Below the pieces are notes generated by a model. That model had not been told where the DNA came from and searched no databases. It was given only the letters and a program-made list of their open reading frames with translations. Position numbers and translations under genes: made by a program. This document shows, in pieces, positions 8,164 to 16,620 of a DNA stretch of 64,000 bases. The stretch is from a virus (taxonomy: Duplodnaviria > Caudoviricetes): positions 1-64,000 of the IMG/VR virus record IMGVR_UViG_3300010944_000263; one strand, written 5' to 3'. Numbering within the stretch: the stretch's first letter is position 1; each line of letters opens with the position of its first letter.

Positions 8164-9030
8164 CTAAAAAAGTTGCATTAAGTCCAACCACAAACCACCC
8201 TTGGACAAAAGCTCTCGCATGTCCTTGTACGGTTCAGGAACCAACACCCAAGAGGCGTTAAGTTCCGAAGCCACCTTCTTCGCACCAAACAGACCTGGCC
8301 AACAAAAGGCACAGCCGCGACACGTCTTCAAGCAACTCGGAACAGATCCCCGACGCTCCGGAGCCTCATCGCGCTCGCCCACCACAATCACCTTTTTGGT
8401 AATGTTGCTCTTTTCGATCATCTTCTTGATGTACTCAGCTCCATGCGTATTGCTCGCTCGACCGATGGCGCAAAGACCAGCCGACTCGCACGCAGCCACA
8501 TCGGAACCACCTTCGACAATCCAAAGAGGACCAGGACGACTCCACCACTCAGGAGAGTAGAACACACCGGTCGAACCACCTTGATTTGTTCTTTTCGATC
8601 CATCCTTGTATCGACGCACGAAACCGATGCACTTGCCGTTGCTGTCTCGGCTCGGCCAGCTAGAAAACTCTGCCTTGTTCCACTCGTCCCATCCGATTCC
8701 AACCCGAAGCGACTCTAACGAATCGACACTAACCGAAAGAGAATCGGCTACCGCGCATCGCTTTGCATGAGCCATAGGATGCTCAAACATTGCTTTGCAT
8801 TCTTTTGTCCAGTCAGGTTTCTTTTTAACAGGCTCCTTTTCTGGCAACGGTGGCAATGGATTCTCAAGCCGATGAATCCACCCCATACCTCCGTCTCGAC
8901 CTGTCGCGGGCTTGTCCGATTCAACACGCATACATCGAACTGCAGTGCCATCGGAAGTCCTGCCGCAGTAGTCAGGCTTGCCGCACACTGGACACGGCTC
9001 ATGTCGCGACACTCTCTCCCAGGTGCTCAT
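8164..9030 (-). CDS. DNA primase-like protein (Zn-binding domain + TOPRIM)
   Basis: PCPVCGKPDYC...RC Zn motif; IVEGGSDV and VVGERD TOPRIM-like motifs; adjacent to the helicase. Confidence 0.75.
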   Translation of the reverse strand: MSTWERVSRHEPCPVCGKPDYCGRTSDGTAVRCMRVESDKPATGRDGGMGWIHRLENPLPPLPEKEPVKKKPDWTKECKAMFEHPMAHAKRCAVADSLSVSVDSLESLRVGIGWDEWNKAEFSSWPSRDSNGKCIGFVRRYKDGSKRTNQGGSTGVFYSPEWWSRPGPLWIVEGGSDVAACESAGLCAIGRASNTHGAEYIKKMIEKSNITKKVIVVGERDEAPERRGSVPSCLKTCRGCAFCWPGLFGAKKVASELNASWVLVPEPYKDMRELLSKGGLWLDLMQLF

Positions 9031-9365
9031 GCGTGCTCTCGCTCGTCGTACCAGCTACTAGCGGCATCCTGCAAGCATTGCTCCTCGTACCTGTCGTGCC
9101 AATCATTTTCGATGATTGCCTCGGCTATCTTGTCCAGCGCATCCCAAGCCCAATGGTCGGTCCTGTGTCGCGTTTCCTCGCCAACTCTCCATACGGTGAC
9201 GTTGATAAAAGTCCACTCGGCAGAAGAGGACCATCCAGGGTATCCGCTTCCATCTGGATAATACCGCACCATCGGCTCGCATGGATGAAAGTCGTACTTT
9301 ACCTCCACTTCGAGACTGCTATCGAAACCAAGCTCTTCAAGGATTATCGAGATTGTCCCGCTCAT
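9027..9365 (-). CDS. Hypothetical protein
   Basis: 112-aa ORF coupled on both sides. Confidence 0.7.
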   Translation of the reverse strand: MSGTISIILEELGFDSSLEVEVKYDFHPCEPMVRYYPDGSGYPGWSSSAEWTFINVTVWRVGEETRHRTDHWAWDALDKIAEAIIENDWHDRYEEQCLQDAASSWYDEREHA

Positions 9366-12133
9366 TTCCTCACCCTGTATGGATTGCCTTCGTCGCTGTA
9401 ATCGTTCACGGTAAAGCCGTAGGTATCTCGCACCTTTCGTTTGCTGTCGGGATGACCATACGGAATCATCTTGTACTTTCTTCCAGCCACTTCGACTGAA
9501 TCAGGAACTCGGAAATCGGTACCTTGCTGTTCCGCTATCTTCTTGGCGATGTACCACGCCTGCCCCCAAGTTCCTCCAATATGCCCAGCCTTGAAAAGTG
9601 CAATCAGCATTATCTCCTCGGAAGTCCGAAGTTTCTTCTCCGTCTTTACGTTCGACTTCTTAATCTCCCGAAGCTCACCACCAGTGAACTCTAACCCTTG
9701 CGACTTGCGCTCTCTAGCTGTCGGCTCATACCCGCATTGCCGGCACTTTCCGCCGCGATAGATAGCATTGCAATTCGGGCAATTGATTGTCGCTCTTGGC
9801 TCATGCGTCTTTGCTGGTCGCTCTCCCCATTCGAGAGTCCACGCAATGTCATCGTCAAAGAATCCATGCTTGCTGATATTGGCGGCATGATCCAGCACAA
9901 TGCAATCAGGAACATCGGGATGCACGCGGCTTCCTCGTCCGACCATCTGGCGATAACGAACAACGCTCCCGATTGCTGTACACAACTGCACGCATCCCAC
10001 ACGAGGAATGTCGGTGCCTCGCTCGATAACGCCAACGTTGCAAATGTACTGAATCTCTCCGCTGTTCAATCGCTGAAACAATGACTTTCGCTCTTCATCA
10101 TCTGTCTCGCCATCGACATAGTGAGCATCAATTCCATTCTTGCGAAGAATCTCCATCGCCTCGTACGCATGGGATCGACGCGGGAAGAACCCAACTGTAG
10201 CTCTTCCTTCCGCCAATCGCTTCCAATCCTTCACCAAATCGCCAGCGAGCCCGTCCATCGCTGCTGCCACACTGTCCTCGGTGTAGTCATCACCACGCTT
10301 TACAAGCAGGTTCAGCTTCCCCTGGGTCGCTTGGAAGTAACGGAACGGAGACAGATACCCATTCTCAATCAACCACGACGGAGATGGACCCATCACAATC
10401 TTACTGAAGACCTTGTTCAACTCTCGGTGCTGCGGAGTAGCAGACAGCCCAAGAATAAAAGGCGGCTTCAATCCTAACTCGGCTCGCTTCTTGTTGTGCG
10501 CCACAAGGAATGTTCTGAACTTCGCAACGTGGCTATGGCAATTATGAACCAGAAGATTGTTTGCAAAAAAACAGTGGCTCTTTTCTACTTCTATGTCGAA
10601 CACTTCCGTCTGGCTTGCGGGAACGATTTTCATCACACGACACCAACTTGTATCGCATACATTCTGGGACGTACTTCGAAATCCGACGACCAATCTCAAG
10701 TTGCGTCCAGCTTGCGATTCCGATGAAATATGCGTCCTTTGACCTGTTTTTGTAGACAGAAGCCTTTCCGATGTTGTCACAAAACCAGTCTGCAATAACT
10801 TCGTTTTCCTTTTTAGAAAAACCTTCCGTGTGAAGAAGCAGCGATTTTTTTGTTGCTGATCCATCATCACATATCCACCACGCGAGCCCAATATCCCCAA
10901 TCGCATCGAGCCATTTTCTGGACACCACTTTTTTCCCTCGACGCTTAACCAGTTTTTCGATTTCAATAAGCGATTGATTGCATGAAGTGACAGTGACAAC
11001 AGACTGCTCACCCCAGCCTTCGTTATCAACAACTTTGGTTTTTGCAGCCAATCTATGCAAGAATTTCGCTTTGTGAATTGCCCACTCTTTTTGAACAAGC
11101 CCATGAGTGCTGCTAAGTCTCGGAGATTTTGACCTGCTGTTTGGATATGTGATCGAAGAGTCCCCAAGCAATGTCCCAAGAATCGCCTGCCTTTCAAGAA
11201 CAGTAAGCTGAAGCATTTGATTAGTGCTACAGTTTTCGTGTCCGTCGCAATACTGTTTGTATAAGGGCATCGCACCGTATGCGATCCATGAGTCAGCTGT
11301 CTCAAATCCAAGTCTAGTCCTAACACCACAGCCGCATTTGCAAAAAGGAGCGGCTGCATTGAGTTCTCCCCAGAGCTTAACAAAGTGCTCTTTTTTTCCG
11401 AGTGATTTATGCCCCCAACAAAACAGCTTTCCTGTTCTAGGCTTTCTTCCACACCCGCATAAGCAAGTATCTCGTCTGTAGGCAATACGTACTGCGCTTG
11501 TAGCCATCCTCGCCTCGTATAAAGCTCGTGATCTGGAGTGCATCGCACTTTTCCTGCGTGCGTATGTATCTCTAGTGTAGTTTTTGTCCCGCTATGCTTC
11601 CAGTTCAAAACACTAGCAAAATGAACTCCTTTTTCTTCGCTGTATGATCTCACTGTCTTAGGTTTTCGATACGGAACTTGATCTATTCTCATCGCTCCAA
11701 GTTCTGTCTCTATAATCGAATCCCCAGAAACGCATTCATCAAACACAAGAAAGTCGTAGGTGAAATCGTTTCGATACGTTCCTTTCTCAACGTACCAACT
11801 GTTCTTGGTATCGATTGAAGCCACTTGCAAATCGCATCCTGGCAACGTGTCAACTCCAGACATGATGACACCATGCGGCAATCGAGGGTGTTCATCGAAC
11901 GACGCGCTGGCATTCTCGACGAGCCCGCGACGATGAACCATGAAAGCTGCCTTTCCGCTTTCACCATCTTTCTTTTCGCGATTCAAATACAAGCCAAGCA
12001 TGTGCTTCGCACACCGAGTCTTGCCCGCACCTGGAGGCACACAAAAAATCACGCTTCGATACTTTGCTATCTCTCGCCTGATGTTTGCGACACATTCCTG
12101 CTGGTATGGACGAAGCGTAGGAATCTCAATCAT
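9362..12133 (-). CDS. SF2 DExH helicase (RadD/UvsW-like) with C-terminal Zn ribbon, interrupted by an intein
   Basis: LRPYQ; PPGAGKT; motif II DE|CH split by the intein; GLSATP; YRQMVGRGSR; CPNC...CRQCG. Confidence 0.92.
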   Translation of the reverse strand: MIEIPTLRPYQQECVANIRREIAKYRSVIFCVPPGAGKTRCAKHMLGLYLNREKKDGESGKAAFMVHRRGLVENASASFDEHPRLPHGVIMSGVDTLPGCDLQVASIDTKNSWYVEKGTYRNDFTYDFLVFDECVSGDSIIETELGAMRIDQVPYRKPKTVRSYSEEKGVHFASVLNWKHSGTKTTLEIHTHAGKVRCTPDHELYTRRGWLQAQYVLPTDEILAYAGVEESLEQESCFVGGINHSEKKSTLLSSGENSMQPLLFANAAVVLGLDLDLRQLTHGSHTVRCPYTNSIATDTKTVALIKCFSLLFLKGRRFLGHCLGTLRSHIQTAGQNLRDLAALMGLFKKSGQFTKRNSCIDWLQKPKLLITKAGVSSLLSLSLHAINRLLKSKNWLSVEGKKWCPENGSMRLGILGSRGGYVMMDQQQKNRCFFTRKVFLKRKTKLLQTGFVTTSERLLSTKTGQRTHISSESQAGRNLRLVVGFRSTSQNVCDTSWCRVMKIVPASQTEVFDIEVEKSHCFFANNLLVHNCHSHVAKFRTFLVAHNKKRAELGLKPPFILGLSATPQHRELNKVFSKIVMGPSPSWLIENGYLSPFRYFQATQGKLNLLVKRGDDYTEDSVAAAMDGLAGDLVKDWKRLAEGRATVGFFPRRSHAYEAMEILRKNGIDAHYVDGETDDEERKSLFQRLNSGEIQYICNVGVIERGTDIPRVGCVQLCTAIGSVVRYRQMVGRGSRVHPDVPDCIVLDHAANISKHGFFDDDIAWTLEWGERPAKTHEPRATINCPNCNAIYRGGKCRQCGYEPTARERKSQGLEFTGGELREIKKSNVKTEKKLRTSEEIMLIALFKAGHIGGTWGQAWYIAKKIAEQQGTDFRVPDSVEVAGRKYKMIPYGHPDSKRKVRDTYGFTVNDYSDEGNPYRVRK
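10541..11734 (-). mobile_element. Intein (398 aa) inserted in the helicase DECH motif
   Basis: Starts with Cys (CVSGDS); block B TPDHELYTRRGW; block F VFDIEVEKSHCFFAN; ends LVHN followed by extein Cys; removal restores FDE-CHSH. Confidence 0.93.
10542..11507 (-). CDS. LAGLIDADG homing endonuclease (321 aa) in an alternative frame inside the intein
   Basis: QAILGTLLGDSSI and LAWWICDDGS LAGLIDADG helices; two N-terminal CxCGCG modules; GAGGCGAGG before ATG 11507 (upstream in-frame ATG at 11543). Confidence 0.88.
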   Translation of the reverse strand: MATSAVRIAYRRDTCLCGCGRKPRTGKLFCWGHKSLGKKEHFVKLWGELNAAAPFCKCGCGVRTRLGFETADSWIAYGAMPLYKQYCDGHENCSTNQMLQLTVLERQAILGTLLGDSSITYPNSRSKSPRLSSTHGLVQKEWAIHKAKFLHRLAAKTKVVDNEGWGEQSVVTVTSCNQSLIEIEKLVKRRGKKVVSRKWLDAIGDIGLAWWICDDGSATKKSLLLHTEGFSKKENEVIADWFCDNIGKASVYKNRSKDAYFIGIASWTQLEIGRRISKYVPECMRYKLVSCDENRSRKPDGSVRHRSRKEPLFFCKQSSGS

Positions 12134-12894
12134 TTCTTACTCCACAACTCGACACCCTGCACCAGCTTGACCAGCTTCTCTCGCTCACGACTGTTTGGTA
12201 CCAACTCGTGGTAATCATCGATTGCTCGAACTAACTTATCGCGGTGCTGATTCGCAATGCTCGCTGCTTTCTTCGCCATATCTTCAACGCTAAGCGGCTT
12301 GTTAATTGCCTTCTCCAGATTCTTGCTGTCTCCCTTTGCCTTTCTGCCTACCTTCTTCTGCTCTGGCTTCGGCATCTCGACCAGCTTTTCCAACGCTGGC
12401 TGCGTCAAGTCGACCGCCGCTGCTTGAACGGAGTTATCGACCTGCTCGATCATCTCGGCGCGAACAACGTCTCGATACACCTGCCTTTCAGACACCTCGG
12501 ACTCTTCCGCTACCTTCTGAACAGCCGAACGTTTGTTCTCTCCTTGACTCATGCGGTACTTCACTCTCTCCGCTCGCAGTTTCGACTGAGCCCCCGGAGT
12601 TAGGTTTCGCTGGCTGATTGCATCTCGCTTAATACGGTCCTCAACTTCCTCCAGCGTCTCGGCGTCCTGATAGACCTGAATCGTCTCAAACGGCAGCTTG
12701 TTCTTCTTGCACAACTTGAATCGATGATGCCCATCGACAAGTAAATCTCCCCACAACCAAAGCGGGCTGTACGCTCTCCCTTCCTCCAATAGCGATTCTT
12801 CCAGTCCCTTGAGCTGCTCGCTATCGAGAGGAGGAATCAACGCTTCGATCCGCTCATCTACTCGCACTTTGCCGTTAAACGCTTTTTTGACCAT
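12130..12894 (-). CDS. ParB/Srx-like N-terminal domain protein with HTH
   Basis: LIPPL...LEESLLEEG...PLWLWGDLLVDGHHRF; HTH-like VQKVAEESEVSERQVYRDV; GAGGAG SD before ATG 12894. Confidence 0.75.
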   Translation of the reverse strand: MVKKAFNGKVRVDERIEALIPPLDSEQLKGLEESLLEEGRAYSPLWLWGDLLVDGHHRFKLCKKNKLPFETIQVYQDAETLEEVEDRIKRDAISQRNLTPGAQSKLRAERVKYRMSQGENKRSAVQKVAEESEVSERQVYRDVVRAEMIEQVDNSVQAAAVDLTQPALEKLVEMPKPEQKKVGRKAKGDSKNLEKAINKPLSVEDMAKKAASIANQHRDKLVRAIDDYHELVPNSREREKLVKLVQGVELWSKK

Positions 12895-13120
12895 CGATAG
12901 ACTCCTCTGGAACTCTTGCGAAATCGCACCGAGGCGACTTCTTGACCAAATCTTTCTCACGCGTGTCAACGTTCGTGCCGCTGACAAAGTGCCATTGTTC
13001 AAAGCCTCGTTGGGTAACGCAAACCAGCCTGTCGAATCCGTGAATGACGTCTTTACGTTCGACATAAACGACGCGACCGTTACGCATCACCCACCACTCT
13101 CCAGGTTTAGGCTTGCTCAT
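12875..13120 (-). CDS. Hypothetical phage protein
   Basis: PKPGEWWVMRNGRVV motif; start ATG 13120. Confidence 0.6.
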   Translation of the reverse strand: MSKPKPGEWWVMRNGRVVYVERKDVIHGFDRLVCVTQRGFEQWHFVSGTNVDTREKDLVKKSPRCDFARVPEESIDGQKSV

Positions 13121-13526
13121 CCAAAACCTCAACGTCCTCCGGTTTGTACGCGCGGGTGCCCAAACCAACTTTGACATACATCCAAGTTGCGCTGAAGCAC
13201 CTTTGAAAACCGACTAACTCGCCCTCTTCCTTCAAGGCCCTGCACTGGGCTCCATTGGCTGCATCAAGAAACGTCGCCTGACGCCATCTTTTTTGCCTCC
13301 AGTTTGGACCGTCACAGCCTGGAATGTGCTCAATCAAATTAAAACCATGCGTTTCGTCGTCAGGCAAATACCTTCCGTTGGGTGTACACACCGAGACGTC
13401 ATAGTATTCGCCTCCCTGGTACATAACAATCGCGAACGCATACTCGCCCTGCAAAACAGTGCCGACTACCTGTGCAATCAGGCTCTTGTTTCGACACTGA
13501 TACCATTGACCAACTTGGATTTTCAT
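13107..13526 (-). CDS. Hypothetical phage protein
   Basis: MKIQVGQWYQCRN motif resembling the N-terminus of the neighbouring gene. Confidence 0.65.
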   Translation of the reverse strand: MKIQVGQWYQCRNKSLIAQVVGTVLQGEYAFAIVMYQGGEYYDVSVCTPNGRYLPDDETHGFNLIEHIPGCDGPNWRQKRWRQATFLDAANGAQCRALKEEGELVGFQRCFSATWMYVKVGLGTRAYKPEDVEVLDEQA

Positions 13527-13573
13527 ACAACTCTGCTCCTTTGCTTCTCCTGCTTGAAATCAAAACCGCACAA

Positions 13574-13837
13574 CTACGCTTCGCCGCCAGACTTGTCAGC
13601 CTCAACAGCACTCTCAAGCAAATCGAGATAGCGAGAGTCACGATCTCGCTTCGAGCACTTCTCCATCGGCCATATTCGATCAACCATCGCCAACTTAGCC
13701 TGATGATCGCTGACCGCGACAATCCAGACGGTAGCCTGCTCACTCGCCGCCGTGAACAGCAGCATGTCGCGCGTGCGAGCATCTTTGATTGCAGCCAACT
13801 CATCATCGTGAACGATTGCTTTCTTTTCTTCCGACAT
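13574..13837 (-). CDS. Hypothetical protein
   Basis: GGTGGAG SD before ATG 13837. Confidence 0.6.
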   Translation of the reverse strand: MSEEKKAIVHDDELAAIKDARTRDMLLFTAASEQATVWIVAVSDHQAKLAMVDRIWPMEKCSKRDRDSRYLDLLESAVEADKSGGEA

Positions 13838-13868
13838 GACAACTCCACCATCCACAAAAGGACAAAAC

Positions 13869-14153
13869 CTAGTAAAGACGCTCAATAGGCGTCACTTCAA
13901 AATTCCCGTCTTCATCACTCTGCAACAAGTAATCTTGATAGCTCACTGCGATGACATACGTTTTCTTCCCGAACAACATCTGCCGAATGTCGCAGCAACA
14001 CTTATTAAACTCGCTGGAAGCCTCCTCGAATTTCTTTTCGGCTGCGATGTATTTCGCGACAGCCCACGATAAATCAGCTTTTTTCTTACGCTCTAATTCT
14101 TCGATGTCCTTTGCCGACAACTCAGAAACATCAACAGGTGAATCTGCACTCAT
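13869..14153 (-). CDS. Hypothetical protein
   Basis: 94-aa ORF in operon. Confidence 0.65.
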   Translation of the reverse strand: MSADSPVDVSELSAKDIEELERKKKADLSWAVAKYIAAEKKFEEASSEFNKCCCDIRQMLFGKKTYVIAVSYQDYLLQSDEDGNFEVTPIERLY

Positions 14154-14156
14154 CTC

Positions 14157-14507
14157 TCAAATCTCCTTGTTTTTCATTGGTGGATTTTGTGACAGGCTGT
14201 CACAAACCAAATTTCCGTCACTGTTTAACACGAGGTCAAACGCTTTATGGACCTTCCGTATTGCTCGCAAAACAGGGGACTGTTGAATGATCTCGTTCGG
14301 ATCTTCTAAGTTCCTGTAAAGCGTCTTGCTACCAGCCTTGTTAAGCTGGTCTGCTTTGTTTGGGCGGATCTCCACGAAGAAGTTTTTGCCCTTGTCGCTT
14401 ATTCGAATGAATCCATCCCAAGATGGAACGTAGAAAAAACGAAGACGCGCCGCTCTGAGCAGAACACCAAAGGCAACTCGATCATCCTTCTTCTTCGCTG
14501 CTTTCAT
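14157..14507 (-). CDS. Hypothetical protein
   Basis: 116-aa ORF in operon; contains a palindrome copy near its 3' end. Confidence 0.6.
   Translation of the reverse strand: MKAAKKKDDRVAFGVLLRAARLRFFYVPSWDGFIRISDKGKNFFVEIRPNKADQLNKAGSKTLYRNLEDPNEIIQQSPVLRAIRKVHKAFDLVLNSDGNLVCDSLSQNPPMKNKEI
14185..14206. repeat. Palindrome TTTTGTGACA-GGC-TGTCACAAA
   Basis: Member of the dispersed motif family. Confidence 0.88.
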
Positions 14508-14510
14508 GGA

Positions 14511-15263
14511 TTAGAAACCTTTGCTCTTGATAGCCGCCGCTTGCTTCTTGTAAGCATCGCGAACAGCATCACCGACGTGCTTCGGCTCCTTCGCAAGAAC
14601 GTTTCCTAGCTCCTCCAGCCTTTCCTTGGTTTCAGCTTGCTTGAGAATCTTGCCCCACATCTGGCAATAGAACGGCCACACCGCCTTCTGCACTGGTGGC
14701 GGCTCCTTTAGCAAGCTCTGCCCGAGTGGCGGAAGCATCCACGCATCATCGACCTGATTGATAGCGTCTACCCAGCTTTGCGAAGCTCCGTCTAGTTCGA
14801 TATCTTCCGCCGCGGGAGCTGCACTCGTGGGCTTCGCGTTGATATTGTCCGCCTCGTTGTCTGGCTGACCGCGAAGGTGGAACGCCGAGAGATACGCCGA
14901 CTTGAGAGCGTAACTGAATGCCTTCCCTGTTGCTTTATCCGAGGTGTCGAGTCCTTGCCCCCACCCCTTGATAGATGTTCGCTCTGTTGGATTATCAGCG
15001 TTTACCAACTCAATGGTAATAGCACACTCTGCTTGCCAAGCACCCTTCCCGCCAGTGAAGAATTCCAGCTTCCTGTCGTGAATCTCAGTCACCATGCAGA
15101 CGACACCATGCTCGACTAGACACGCACGCAACTTGTCGTCAATGTCATCTATCTTGTGATACTGGTACTTATCACCGTAGTTGACCTGCCCGCCTTTACC
15201 GACTGCACCCATACGCTCCATCACTTTGACAATGCGCTGATACAGATTCAAATTTGAACTCAT
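14511..15263 (-). CDS. erf: ERF-family ssDNA annealing protein
   Basis: NLYQRIVKV...YQYHKIDDI...GQGLDTSDKATGKAFSYALKSA, characteristic of the ERF superfamily. Confidence 0.85.
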   Translation of the reverse strand: MSSNLNLYQRIVKVMERMGAVGKGGQVNYGDKYQYHKIDDIDDKLRACLVEHGVVCMVTEIHDRKLEFFTGGKGAWQAECAITIELVNADNPTERTSIKGWGQGLDTSDKATGKAFSYALKSAYLSAFHLRGQPDNEADNINAKPTSAAPAAEDIELDGASQSWVDAINQVDDAWMLPPLGQSLLKEPPPVQKAVWPFYCQMWGKILKQAETKERLEELGNVLAKEPKHVGDAVRDAYKKQAAAIKSKGF

Positions 15264-15289
15264 AACACTCTCTCCTAGACAAACAGAAA

Positions 15290-16117
15290 CTAGAACTCAA
15301 GGCTAAGCGACATCGACTCGTACACCACGCGAGCCTGCTCGACACGCAAGCGAAGCGTATCAACGTATTCAGGATTAAATCCGAACTCGAACACCTTGAT
15401 ACGCTGATGCTCGGGGATCTTGTGAGACACCAGGTGCATCGAATCAACCTTGGCGGACAACTCCTTGTAGTGAGGGTTGTCGTCATCGCAGTTGAAACGA
15501 AACCACAATCGCTTCTTCTCTTCTTCAACCAGCTCGAACGGAGTATCTACCAAGACGTGAGCCAAGCGGAACTTCCTTCGACCTGTCAAAGCCATGTACA
15601 CTTGCCCCTGCGCGTAATAGAGCGGATCAGGGCGGCGCACCTCAACAAACGTGCGAAGCGTCCAAGAGCACTTAGCATCCTCAATCACGTCATCCAAAAC
15701 AACGTCAGGCGTCCCGGTGAAATGCTCGTCCTCGAACCATTCGTCATTCTTCACTCGGAATCCACCATGAAGATGCCGAGTCATAATGCCAATGATTTCA
15801 TCTTCGCACATGAGCCCCTTTAGAATCTCGTTACTTACGAGCGGCTCATCGTAACCAAACGTGTTTCGCATCCAGCAATCGCGAATGTAAGACATTGCTG
15901 TAGCGCCGAACTCAAAATCGGCATCACGCTTGGCAATCAGCTCCTCCAGCTCTTGCTGCATATTGGCAGTCAAAGGCTTGGCATCTGAATTGTCCTTGCG
16001 AGCCTGTAACTCGTCGAGCCTCGCAAGCTGCTTATCCGTGATCGCATTTCCGCCAACAAGCAAGTTGCCGACAGATGACGCACGGAACCTCACCGGCTGA
16101 ACGCCAGATTCTTCCAT
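15290..16117 (-). CDS. Phage exonuclease (YqaJ/lambda-exo, PD-(D/E)XK)
   Basis: FRASSVG; G...E; FTGTPDVV..EDAKCSW; YYAQGQVYMALTG; adjacent to ERF. Confidence 0.85.
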   Translation of the reverse strand: MEESGVQPVRFRASSVGNLLVGGNAITDKQLARLDELQARKDNSDAKPLTANMQQELEELIAKRDADFEFGATAMSYIRDCWMRNTFGYDEPLVSNEILKGLMCEDEIIGIMTRHLHGGFRVKNDEWFEDEHFTGTPDVVLDDVIEDAKCSWTLRTFVEVRRPDPLYYAQGQVYMALTGRRKFRLAHVLVDTPFELVEEEKKRLWFRFNCDDDNPHYKELSAKVDSMHLVSHKIPEHQRIKVFEFGFNPEYVDTLRLRVEQARVVYESMSLSLEF

Positions 16118-16167
16118 TACACACCTCCTAGATAAATCTCCTGTCTGGCTGATTACCAGACGAGACT

Positions 16168-16195
16168 ATCTTAGCGGCATCACCCCAGCGTGCAA
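16168..16195 (-). promoter_or_regulatory. Putative sigma70-like promoter for the recombination/replication operon
   Basis: TTGCAC-16 bp-TAAGAT about 50 nt upstream of the exonuclease ATG. Confidence 0.45.
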
Positions 16196-16213
16196 TAGCA
16201 CCCTGGGAATTTT

Positions 16214-16612
16214 CTAGTGGTTTTTGTCTTTTTCAGTCGGGTGCCTGTCTCGATATTCTTCTCGGTTCTGCTGACCGAAAAAAAGACTAGACTTTTGCCG
16301 CACTTCCTCAACATTTCGATCAATTCGATTCAGTTGCTCAGCGTGATCCAGGTGCGACTTGGCAGCCGCTTGAATCCATGCGATTGCCTCTCCCTGAGAA
16401 GAGACAGCCGATTGGATCTTTTCGACCGTCCTCTCCATTCGTTCCGTCGCAACATCAAGAGTGTCGATATGCGTAATGATCCTTTCTTTCATCGGCTTCA
16501 AGATGTCCGTCCCGAGCCACAGAAACGCCTTCCACAATCCCCATGCCACGACAAGCAACAAGCCGCCAAGGATGGTAGTTTCGAAAATCTTGATGATGAT
16601 AGATGGATCCAT
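16214..16612 (-). CDS. Holin-like membrane protein
   Basis: N-terminal TM helix ILGGLLLVVAWGLWKAFLWL, then a coiled-coil and charged tail; last gene of the late operon. Confidence 0.55.
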   Translation of the reverse strand: MDPSIIIKIFETTILGGLLLVVAWGLWKAFLWLGTDILKPMKERIITHIDTLDVATERMERTVEKIQSAVSSQGEAIAWIQAAAKSHLDHAEQLNRIDRNVEEVRQKSSLFFGQQNREEYRDRHPTEKDKNH

Positions 16613-16620
16613 TGCGTTTC

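Noticed and set aside
9362-12133. Helicase pseudogene or simple frameshift error
   Set aside because: The helicase frame is continuous with all intein and helicase motifs, and the endonuclease frame is separately complete; read-level confirmation is still advised
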